A DNA stretch of 20,834 bases from the NCBI GenBank assembly GCA_964481075.1, contig CAYZSD010000052.1, forward strand, positions 1-20,834. The letters are read 5' to 3'. The notes under the pieces were generated by a model. That model was not told the origin of the DNA, ran no database searches, and was given only the letters and a program-made list of their open reading frames with translations. The DNA is from an uncultured Rikenellaceae bacterium. GTDB lineage: Bacteria > Bacteroidota > Bacteroidia > Bacteroidales > Tenuifilaceae. Both the position numbers and the translations under genes were made by a program. Shown in pieces: positions 7,837 to 15,434 of this stretch (positions are counted from its first letter, which is position 1; the number at the start of each line of letters is the position of its first letter).

Positions 7837-8856
7837 ATGAAAACAGCGAATGTAACCATAAAAGATATTGCTAAGATTCTAGGTATTAGCCCTTCAACCG
7901 TATCACGTGCTCTTAAAGATCACCCCGATATCAGCAAGGCTACCGGCGAAAAGGTGAAGAGCCTGGCTCAGGAAATGAACTACCGTCCAAACCCAATTGC
8001 TTTAAGCCTCAAGGGACGTAGAAGCAATGTAATCGGTGTGGTTATACCCGAAATCGTTCATTACTTCTTTTCATCGGTCATTAGTGGAATTGAAAAGGTT
8101 GCAAAGGAGCACGGGTACAGTGTAATTGTTAGCCAGTCGGGTGAAAGTTTGAGCCGCGAGATAGATGTTTGCAATACCTTTTTAAATAGTATTATCGATG
8201 GCCTTCTTATCTCAGTATCGAAGGAAACTATTGGTTATGAGCATATTTTAAAACTTCAGGACGAAGGAATCCCGGTGGTTTTTTTCGATAGGTTGATTGA
8301 GGATTTTAACACCGATTTTGTGGTTATTGACGACTACAATGGAGCCTACCAGGCAACAGAGCACCTTATAATTGTCGGCCGTAGAAGGATTGTTCATTTT
8401 GCAGGCCCACGTAACAGGCTTATCACCAAGAATAGGATGAAAGGTTACCTCGATGCCCACAGGAATAACGGTGTGGTTATTGACGAATCGCTTATTGTGC
8501 CCTGCGATAGCTTTCAGGATGCCCTTGTTGAAACACAACGTTTAATTGATGGTAAGATAAAGTTCGATGCGATTTTTACAGTAAACGATTTTACCGCTGC
8601 AGGAGTTATTAAAGCCTTGAAGAATAACGGAATATCTGTTCCAAACGATGTTTCAGTGGTGGGCTTTGGTAACGACCATATAGCCGAGATGGTTGAACCA
8701 ACCCTAACAACTGTTCTTCAACCCGGCTTCGCTATGGGCGAGAAAGCTATGGAAATTCTTATTGATAGAATCAACCCTAATTCATCATCAACTCTAAAAA
8801 AGGAAGTGCTTCAAACCCAATTAATTGTTCGTGACTCTTCGAAGCTAAAGAAATAG
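7837..8856 (+). CDS. LacI/GalR-family transcriptional regulator (probable maltose/maltodextrin-responsive repressor)
   Basis: The N-terminal HTH is VTIKDIAKILGISPSTVSRALKD, followed by the hinge YRPNPIALSLKG and a periplasmic-binding-protein-like sugar-binding core. I moved the start from the ORF-track TTG (7765) to ATG 7837 because LacI-family proteins begin right at the HTH. Confidence 0.9.
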   Translation: MKTANVTIKDIAKILGISPSTVSRALKDHPDISKATGEKVKSLAQEMNYRPNPIALSLKGRRSNVIGVVIPEIVHYFFSSVISGIEKVAKEHGYSVIVSQSGESLSREIDVCNTFLNSIIDGLLISVSKETIGYEHILKLQDEGIPVVFFDRLIEDFNTDFVVIDDYNGAYQATEHLIIVGRRRIVHFAGPRNRLITKNRMKGYLDAHRNNGVVIDESLIVPCDSFQDALVETQRLIDGKIKFDAIFTVNDFTAAGVIKALKNNGISVPNDVSVVGFGNDHIAEMVEPTLTTVLQPGFAMGEKAMEILIDRINPNSSSTLKKEVLQTQLIVRDSSKLKK

Positions 8857-8880
8857 TTTGCCATTTTAAATGCTAATCTG

Positions 8881-9471
8881 ATGCGAAGCATCATTTATGT
8901 TAAGTTTCTGTTAATTTTTTTGCTTCTCATAATTACTTCTTGTAAGAAGCACAAGTATTGCCCCCCATTTAGCCCTGCTAGCCTTATTGATTTTGCCTAT
9001 CAGCAACCAGAAACTATAACTTTCAAAAGTACCGAAGGAAACATTTTCAAGATTTTCATTGAAAAGATAGAACAATCGGAAAGCTATTCCTACACCTGTA
9101 GAGATTTATACAGGGTTTGCCCATGCCTAAATAGCGTTAAAGCCATTGCTACTGATACCCATATTGCTACTTCGTATATCTTTCTGGAAATGGAGCAATC
9201 GGACGTTTCTAATATGCAATATCATAAGTATAACGTTAAGGGATTTCGCTTTGAGTTCGATTATAGGAATGAATTACCCCATATCGACGAAATGCCCTTT
9301 CTTCAATTTATTGGTAATCTTACAATTGACAACGTTACATATTCAGACGTGATACGTATTAATAACACATCATCAACATCTGGTATTTCCCAAGTTTTCT
9401 TTTCTAAGAAGGAAGGTGTACTCCAATTTGTTGAAAAAGGGACTAACCTAACTTGGTCGATTGAAAAATGA
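8881..9471 (+). CDS. Hypothetical lipoprotein, no recognisable family
   Basis: The signal peptide with lipobox is FLLLIITSC, followed by basic residues (KKHKY). The protein has five Cys residues in total (lipobox C, CPPF, YTC, VCPC). It is AT-richer than its neighbours and starts 24 nt after the regulator stop with no terminator between. Confidence 0.6.
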   Translation: MRSIIYVKFLLIFLLLIITSCKKHKYCPPFSPASLIDFAYQQPETITFKSTEGNIFKIFIEKIEQSESYSYTCRDLYRVCPCLNSVKAIATDTHIATSYIFLEMEQSDVSNMQYHKYNVKGFRFEFDYRNELPHIDEMPFLQFIGNLTIDNVTYSDVIRINNTSSTSGISQVFFSKKEGVLQFVEKGTNLTWSIEK

Positions 9472-9564
9472 ATAAAGAATTATTTTTCATCATTCAGTAA
9501 TCGTTTGAATTAGTATTTCCAGCATTTAAGGCAGCTTTACCTTCGCTTTTTTGTAGTGAATAAG

Positions 9565-9595
9565 TTGTATTTATTTAGTTTTCACCCTATATTTG
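9565..9595 (+). promoter_or_regulatory. Candidate Bacteroidota promoter (-33 TTG at 9565-9567, 20-nt spacer, -7 TATATTTG at 9588-9595) for the permease / GH65 transcript
   Basis: It is an exact TAnnTTTG match with an appropriately spaced upstream TTG. It lies ~87 nt upstream of the MFS start codon. Confidence 0.4.
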
Positions 9596-9681
9596 TCGAG
9601 CTACTTCTTACCCCAAACAAGCTGTCCCTACTCTGGGATTAGATTTTCTGTTGAAAAATTTTAAACTCAAATATTACAGCT

Positions 9682-11214
9682 ATGACAAAGCGTCCCCGTT
9701 TATCATTTTGGCAGATATGGAACATGAGCTTCGGGTTCCTGGGTATCCAGTTCGGATTTGCCCTTCAGAATGCCAACGTTAGCCGAATTTTCGAAACCCT
9801 TGGAGCCGACATCGATGCCATTCCCATCCTTTGGATTGCTGCTCCAGTTACAGGGCTTATCATTCAACCTATTATTGGGCACATGAGCGATAACACCTGG
9901 GGTAGGTTGGGCCGTAGGCGTCCTTTCTTCCTAATAGGTGCAATTCTTGCTTCTCTGGCTCTTGTGGTTATGCCTAATTCACCCATCCTCTGGGTGGCCG
10001 CTGGAATGCTTTGGATACTAGATGCTTCAATCAACGTGTCGATGGAGCCATTTAGGGCTTTTGTGGGCGACATGCTTCCAAGCGAACAGCGAACAAAGGG
10101 ATTTGCCATGCAGAGTTTCTTTATCGGGACAGGTGCTGTGGTGGCTTCTGCTTTACCCTATATCATGACAGAATGGATAGGTATTGCTAATACAGCTCCC
10201 GAAGGGGAAATCCCCCCATCGGTAAAGTGGTCGTTCTATTTTGGAGCAATCGTATTCTTTGTCGCTGTGCTTTGGACGGTTATCCGTTCAAAAGAATACT
10301 CACCTGAGGAGCTAAAAGCCTTCGAAGAGGCTGAACAGGCAGAAGTGAAGCAGAAAACAGGTGAAGAGTCAATTATTAAGCACGTTAAGTACTCAGCCGA
10401 CTACTTCCTAAAGCATAGCATCATTTGGTTGGTGCTAGGCGTTCTTCTAACACTCTTTATTTGGTACTTTAAATTTGATGCCGAGCTGTATATTCTTTCA
10501 GGAGGTGTTTTTGTTTTTGGTTTTATTCAGGTTATGTCTGGGTTATTAATCAAAAAAGGTAAAAGTGATACTGGTTGGTTAGAGGTTGTCAATGATCTTT
10601 TCAATATGCCAAAGACAATGGCTCAACTCGCTGTAGTTCAATTTTTTAGTTGGTTTGCCCTCTTTAGCATGTGGATATACACAACAGCAGCCGTTACCAA
10701 ACATGTTTATGGTACGTCCGATCCTACCTCTGAGCTCTTTAATCAAGGGGCTAATTGGGTGGGGATATGCTTTGCTACATATAATGGTTTTGCTGCGTTA
10801 GTTGCTTTCCTTTTACCAGTTATGGCAAAATACACGAGTAGAAAGATTACACATGCCATTTCGTTAGTTGCTGGTGGGATTGGACTTATCTCTATCTACT
10901 TTGTTAGTAACCCCAACATGCTCCTAGTATCAATGGTTGGTGTAGGACTAGCTTGGGCGAGCATACTGTCAATGCCCTATGCAATTCTTGCCGGTGCCCT
11001 TCCTTCAAATAAAATGGGTACCTATATGGGAATATTCAATTTCTTTATCGTAATTCCACAAATCTTGGCCGCAAGCCTTTTAGGTTTCTTTACTCGCTCT
11101 TTGTTTGGCGGAGAGGCCATTTACTCTTTAATTCTTGGTGGTGCTTCAATGGTTGTGGCCGCAATCATGGTATCATTTGTAACAGATAGGGATGATATTG
11201 CAACGAAAGTTTAA
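9682..11214 (+). CDS. MFS sugar:cation symporter (GPH/SLC45-like), probable inner-membrane maltose/maltooligosaccharide permease
   Basis: It has ~12 predicted hydrophobic helices, the MFS loop motif GRLGRRRPFFLIG and a long charged central loop (EELKAFEEAEQAEVKQKTGEE). Its position immediately upstream of GH65 fits this role. Confidence 0.85.
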   Translation: MTKRPRLSFWQIWNMSFGFLGIQFGFALQNANVSRIFETLGADIDAIPILWIAAPVTGLIIQPIIGHMSDNTWGRLGRRRPFFLIGAILASLALVVMPNSPILWVAAGMLWILDASINVSMEPFRAFVGDMLPSEQRTKGFAMQSFFIGTGAVVASALPYIMTEWIGIANTAPEGEIPPSVKWSFYFGAIVFFVAVLWTVIRSKEYSPEELKAFEEAEQAEVKQKTGEESIIKHVKYSADYFLKHSIIWLVLGVLLTLFIWYFKFDAELYILSGGVFVFGFIQVMSGLLIKKGKSDTGWLEVVNDLFNMPKTMAQLAVVQFFSWFALFSMWIYTTAAVTKHVYGTSDPTSELFNQGANWVGICFATYNGFAALVAFLLPVMAKYTSRKITHAISLVAGGIGLISIYFVSNPNMLLVSMVGVGLAWASILSMPYAILAGALPSNKMGTYMGIFNFFIVIPQILAASLLGFFTRSLFGGEAIYSLILGGASMVVAAIMVSFVTDRDDIATKV

Positions 11215-11284
11215 AATAAATGCCAGCGCAGCGTCTTTCAAAAAATATCAATGAAGTAGAAAACAAATAATAAAGTTTTTTATA

Positions 11285-13600
11285 ATGAATCAATATCTAA
11301 AACACGATGAGTGGTGTATTGTCGAAGAAGGTTTTATTCCAGAGAACACTCGTGCATCGGAAAGTATTTTCAGTATTGGAAATGGAGCAATGGGCCAAAG
11401 GGCCATTTTCGAGGAGAAGTTTAGCGGGTCATCCCTTCAAGGTAGCTATGTTGCAGGGGTTTACTATCCCGATAAGACCCGTGTAGGTTGGTGGAAGAAC
11501 GGGTATCCCGAGTATTTTGCTAAGGTAATCAATTCTACCAACTGGATTGGAATTGATATTGACATAAATGGTGAGCCGCTTGATCTTGCTAATTGTTCGG
11601 TTGACGAGTTTCGAAGGGTTCTCAATATGAAGGAGGGGTACCTGGAGCGTTCATTCATTTGCGAAAACTCTCAGGGAATCAAGTTGGCTGTGCAGGCCAA
11701 ACGCTTCATCAGCATGGCAAACCCCGAAATAGGTGCAATTCGGTATAGGATCAAACTTCTTAATGCTCAAGCCGAGGTTAAGTTTACTCCATACCTCGAT
11801 GGCGATGTTCACAACGAGGATTCTAACTATGGCGAGAAGTTCTGGGAAGAGGTGAGCCGAAAGGTTGACACAAAGCAAGGTCTTATAGTCACCAGAACAC
11901 GAAAGCTCGATTTCCATGTGGGTCATGCCATGAGGTTTTCAACCTACCTAAATGGGGAACGAATTAATCCACAAATCGAAGTAATAGATAACCCCCTGTA
12001 TGTTGGATGCTCATTTTCGGCTAGCTTAGTAAGTGGAGATGAGTTTGAATTTTACAAGTATGCAGCAGTTATTTCAAGCCTTAACCATGAGAAGGGTACT
12101 TTTCCCCGTGTACTAACTCAGCTACTCGATTTAGCTACATCGAAGGGGTTCACACAGCTTTTAAATGAACACATCGAGGCATGGAGTGATATATGGCAGC
12201 ATAGCGATATATCCATTGAGGGGGACATGGCGGCCCAGCAGGCAATACGCTTTAACATTTTCCAGCTAAGCCAAACCTATACAGGTAAAGATGAACGATT
12301 GAATATTGGGCCTAAAGGATTTACCGGTGAAAAATATGGTGGATCAACATACTGGGATACAGAGGCATACTGCCTGCCCTTCTATATGATTACCCATGGG
12401 CAGAAGGTTGCTCGTCAGCTTCTGCTTTACAGGTACAAGCAGCTTGGAAAAGCCATTGAAAACGCCCAAAAGCTTGGCTTTTCCGATGGGGCTGCACTCT
12501 TTCCAATGGTAACCATGAATGGAGAGGAGTGCCATAATGAATGGGAGATAACATTCGAGGAGATTCATCGTAACGGGGCAATAGCCTTTGCCGTTTACAA
12601 CTATGTACGCTACACAGGCGATAAGAATTATCTTGCAAATTTTGGTCTTGAGCTACTTATTGCCATTGCACGCTTCTGGGCTCAAAGGGTTAACTTCTCT
12701 CACGAGAAGGGAAAATACGTTATGTTAGGTGTAACAGGTCCAAACGAGTATGAGAATAATGTGAACAACAATTGGTACACCAATTACATCGCTTGTTGGT
12801 GCATGGGTTATGCCGCTGAGGTTATTGACTACGTCAAGAAGACAGATACTGAGAAGTATAATGCTCTTGTGAGCAAGATATCGTTCAACGAATCATTGGA
12901 ACTTGCAAAATGGATTGAGATTAGAGAGAAAATGTACTTCCCTTACGATGAGAAGCATAAGGTTATTCTTCAGCAGGAAGGCTATATGGATAAGGAGCAA
13001 ATTCTGGTTAAGGATTTGGATAAGAAGCATCGCCCATTGAATCAGAAATGGAGCTGGGATCGTATTCTCCGTTCATGTTTCATCAAACAGGCCGATGTTC
13101 TCCAAGGTATCTACTTCTTCGAGGATAGATTTGACCTAGAAACCATTAGGAGAAACTACGAGTTCTACGAAGCACGAACAGTCCACGAATCATCGCTTTC
13201 ACCATGCGTACATTCGGTATTGGCTGCAAAAATTGGAAACATCGATAATGCTTATGAACTTTACCTTCGGACTTCTCGTTTAGACCTTGACGATTACAAC
13301 CACGAGGTAAGGGAAGGCTTACATATTACCAGCATGGCTGGTACATGGATTTCAATTGTAGAAGGTTTTGGCGGAATGAGGATAGCTGATGATAAGCTCT
13401 CTTTCAACCCTCTCATCCCTGAGCAATGGAAATCGTATAGCTTTAAGGTTTGGTTTAGGGAGAATTTGCTTAATATTAAGGTTACTCCCGAAGCCGTTGC
13501 TATTGTTAACGAAGAAGGACCTAGAATTTCATTGTTTATTTTTGGAAAAGAGAGTGTAGCACCCGCAAGTAGTACTATTACTATAAGTAGAGTAGGTTAG
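11285..13600 (+). CDS. Glycoside hydrolase family 65 disaccharide phosphorylase (maltose phosphorylase-like)
   Basis: The length is ~770 aa. Family-typical segments include FSIGNGAMGQRA, GEKYGGSTYWDTEAY, GVTGPNEYENNVNNNWYTN (Glu at codon 488, nt 12746-12748) and KQADVLQG. The maltose assignment is inferred from the starch-PUL context. Kojibiose or trehalose specificity cannot be excluded. Confidence 0.88.
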   Translation: MNQYLKHDEWCIVEEGFIPENTRASESIFSIGNGAMGQRAIFEEKFSGSSLQGSYVAGVYYPDKTRVGWWKNGYPEYFAKVINSTNWIGIDIDINGEPLDLANCSVDEFRRVLNMKEGYLERSFICENSQGIKLAVQAKRFISMANPEIGAIRYRIKLLNAQAEVKFTPYLDGDVHNEDSNYGEKFWEEVSRKVDTKQGLIVTRTRKLDFHVGHAMRFSTYLNGERINPQIEVIDNPLYVGCSFSASLVSGDEFEFYKYAAVISSLNHEKGTFPRVLTQLLDLATSKGFTQLLNEHIEAWSDIWQHSDISIEGDMAAQQAIRFNIFQLSQTYTGKDERLNIGPKGFTGEKYGGSTYWDTEAYCLPFYMITHGQKVARQLLLYRYKQLGKAIENAQKLGFSDGAALFPMVTMNGEECHNEWEITFEEIHRNGAIAFAVYNYVRYTGDKNYLANFGLELLIAIARFWAQRVNFSHEKGKYVMLGVTGPNEYENNVNNNWYTNYIACWCMGYAAEVIDYVKKTDTEKYNALVSKISFNESLELAKWIEIREKMYFPYDEKHKVILQQEGYMDKEQILVKDLDKKHRPLNQKWSWDRILRSCFIKQADVLQGIYFFEDRFDLETIRRNYEFYEARTVHESSLSPCVHSVLAAKIGNIDNAYELYLRTSRLDLDDYNHEVREGLHITSMAGTWISIVEGFGGMRIADDKLSFNPLIPEQWKSYSFKVWFRENLLNIKVTPEAVAIVNEEGPRISLFIFGKESVAPASSTITISRVG

Positions 13601-13687
13601 CTATTTGCTATCGAAAATTGTTCAACAACAAGTTTTTTTTGTGAGGTATTTGTTATCTTTGAAAAAACTAAAAAAATAAGTAACGAT

Positions 13688-14752
13688 ATGAAACGATTTC
13701 CCGCAGGTGTTCTCACAGGAGAACAAGTACAAAAGGTTTTTGAAACCGCAAAGGCCGAGGGTTGGGCTATACCAGCCGTGAACGTAACTGGGACAAATAC
13801 AATAAATTCTGTTCTTGAAACAGCCCGTGAAATGGGATCACCAGTAATTATTCAATTCTCGAATGGCGGTGCCTCCTACTTTGCTGGTAAGGGCCTATCG
13901 AACGATAGTCAGCAATCTGCTATTCTTGGTGCAATTTCTGGAGCAAAGCATGTGCATCTTATCGCCGAAGCGTATGGTGTACCTGTTATCATGCACACCG
14001 ACCATGCGGCAAAGAAGCTCCTTCCCTGGATAGATGGGCTGCTCGATGCTGGCGAAAAGCATTTTGCCGTGACCGGCAAACCTTTGTACAGTTCCCACAT
14101 GCTCGACCTCTCTGAGGAGAGTCTGGAGGAGAACATCGAGATTTCAGCCAAGTACCTTGAGCGGATGGCAAAGATTGGCATGACCCTCGAAATTGAACTC
14201 GGAGTAACCGGTGGCGAGGAGGATGGCGTTGACAACTCAGGTGTTGACAGTTCAAAGCTATACACCCAGCCCCAAGATGTTGCATACGCTTATGAGCATT
14301 TGATGAAGATTAGCCCCAATTTCACAGTCGCTGCATCGTTTGGGAATGTTCATGGAGTTTACAAGCCTGGTAATGTTGTGCTAAGCCCTGAAATCCTAAG
14401 GGATTCACAGGATTACATCCAGAAGAAGTTTGGAACTGCTCCTAAACCAGTCAATTTCGTTTTCCATGGTGGCAGCGGATCCGAGAAGGAAAAGATTGAT
14501 GAGGCTGTAAACTACGGCGTAATCAAGATGAACCTTGATACCGACCTCCAATGGGCTTTCTGGGATGGCATTAGAAGCTATTACCATGATAAGCAGGGAT
14601 TTCTTCAGGGGCAAATTGGTAACCCCGAGGGCGAAGATAAACCCAATAAGAAGTACTACGATCCCCGTGTATGGCTTCGCAAGGGTGAAGAAAGTATTAT
14701 CAAAAGATTGAAGATATCGTTTGAGGATTTGAATTGTGTGGGCAGAGGGTAA
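13688..14752 (+). CDS. fbaA: Class II (metal-dependent) fructose-1,6-bisphosphate aldolase
   Basis: It is near-collinear with E. coli FbaA-type sequence: VLTGEQVQKVFETAK...IPAVNVTGTNTINSVLETA...PVIIQFSNGGASYFAGKG, HTDHAAKK, ELGVTGGEEDGVDN and FVFHGGSGS. A TATCTTTG -7-like box at 13654-13661 suggests its own promoter. Confidence 0.93.
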   Translation: MKRFPAGVLTGEQVQKVFETAKAEGWAIPAVNVTGTNTINSVLETAREMGSPVIIQFSNGGASYFAGKGLSNDSQQSAILGAISGAKHVHLIAEAYGVPVIMHTDHAAKKLLPWIDGLLDAGEKHFAVTGKPLYSSHMLDLSEESLEENIEISAKYLERMAKIGMTLEIELGVTGGEEDGVDNSGVDSSKLYTQPQDVAYAYEHLMKISPNFTVAASFGNVHGVYKPGNVVLSPEILRDSQDYIQKKFGTAPKPVNFVFHGGSGSEKEKIDEAVNYGVIKMNLDTDLQWAFWDGIRSYYHDKQGFLQGQIGNPEGEDKPNKKYYDPRVWLRKGEESIIKRLKISFEDLNCVGRG

Positions 14753-14790
14753 AGATGACCGATTTTTCGCTAATTCACCCTCAAGTATAT

Positions 14791-14816
14791 TTAGCTCTTT
14801 TTGCTAAGATTTTTTA
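14791..14816 (+). terminator. Weak possible terminator after fbaA
   Basis: The structure is TTAGC-tcttttt-GCTAA followed by GATTTTTTATT. The stem is only 5 bp and AT-rich. Confidence 0.25.
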
Positions 14817-14843
14817 TTGAATTGTTTTGCAGTTTTCATCAAA

Positions 14844-14883
14844 ATTACGAATTAAGTACCTATATTTGTACTTAATTCGTAAT
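14844..14883 (+). promoter_or_regulatory. TA-module promoter/operator: perfect 16-bp inverted repeat ATTACGAATTAAGTAC-N8-GTACTTAATTCGTAAT enclosing a -7 box TATATTTG (14861-14868)
   Basis: The perfect inverted repeat was read directly. The GTAC cores at the inner arm ends recall the TGTACA cores of the E. coli yefM-yoeB operator. It ends 14 nt before the antitoxin ATG. Confidence 0.6.
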
Positions 14884-14897
14884 AAAATTCTGTATAT

Positions 14898-15149
14898 ATG
14901 CTTGCTGCAAATTACTCTGAATTACGCTTGGGTTTGAGGAAATATCTTGATGCTGTTGAAAACAACAATGAAACTCTTATTATTAAAAGAAGTAAGGGTA
15001 AAGGTGCTGTTATTATTTCATTGGACGAGTATAATTCAATTATGGAAACAATACATTTGCTTAAATCGAAGAAGAATGCAGCATGGCTGTCCCAGTCGAT
15101 TGAACAAATGAAGAAAGGAGATATCGTTTCCAACGAGCAAGAAGAATAG
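14898..15149 (+). CDS. yefM: Type II antitoxin, Phd/YefM family
   Basis: It is 83 aa. NYSELRLGLRKYLDAVENNNETLIIKR...AVIISLDEYNSIMETIHLL parallels E. coli YefM (ISYSEARQNL...PILITR...VLMSLEEYNSLEETAYLL). Its stop lies 1 nt before the toxin ATG. Confidence 0.9.
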   Translation: MLAANYSELRLGLRKYLDAVENNNETLIIKRSKGKGAVIISLDEYNSIMETIHLLKSKKNAAWLSQSIEQMKKGDIVSNEQEE

Positions 15150-15150
15150 C

Positions 15151-15411
15151 ATGAGGATAGTTTTCTCAAAGAATGCGTGGCTGGACTACACATCTTGGCA
15201 GGAAGAGGACAAGCGTATTGTTAGAAAGATAAATGATTTGATTAAGGATATCTCAAGGCATCCTTATGAGGGTTTAGGGAAGCCTGAACCCCTAAAATTT
15301 GATTTGTCTGGGCTTTGGTCAAGACGAATTACAACTGAGCATCGAATAGTATATAAGATTCAGGAAGATGATATACTAATCTTTACCTGTAGGTATCATT
15401 ATGATAATTAA
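15151..15411 (+). CDS. yoeB: Type II toxin, YoeB/Txe family ribosome-dependent mRNA interferase
   Basis: It is 86 aa. WLDYTSWQEEDKRIVRKINDLIKDISRHPYEGLGKPEPLKFDLSGLWSRRITTEHRIVYKI...FTCRYHY is near-collinear with E. coli YoeB, including the C-terminal RYHY. Confidence 0.93.
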   Translation: MRIVFSKNAWLDYTSWQEEDKRIVRKINDLIKDISRHPYEGLGKPEPLKFDLSGLWSRRITTEHRIVYKIQEDDILIFTCRYHYDN

Positions 15412-15434
15412 ATCTTTAAAAAAAATCAAAACAA

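Noticed and set aside
9146-9352. 68-aa ORF in an alternative frame inside the orphan lipoprotein gene
   Set aside because: It is same-strand and out of frame, fully nested in the longer ORF that has a proper lipoprotein signal. It has no independent support.
9497-9508. GTAATCGTTTGA, an 8/12 match to the ACAATCGATTGT operator, upstream of the permease operon
   Set aside because: It has poor internal symmetry and lies ~90 bp upstream of the best -7 box. It is worth including in a motif scan, but it is not supportable as an operator from sequence alone.
13895-14285. Three overlapping minus-strand ORFs (67, 118 and 98 aa) antisense to fbaA
   Set aside because: They lie entirely within a very confidently identified aldolase CDS. 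Their translations are Ser/Pro/Arg-rich, which is typical of the antisense frame of a GC-richer gene.
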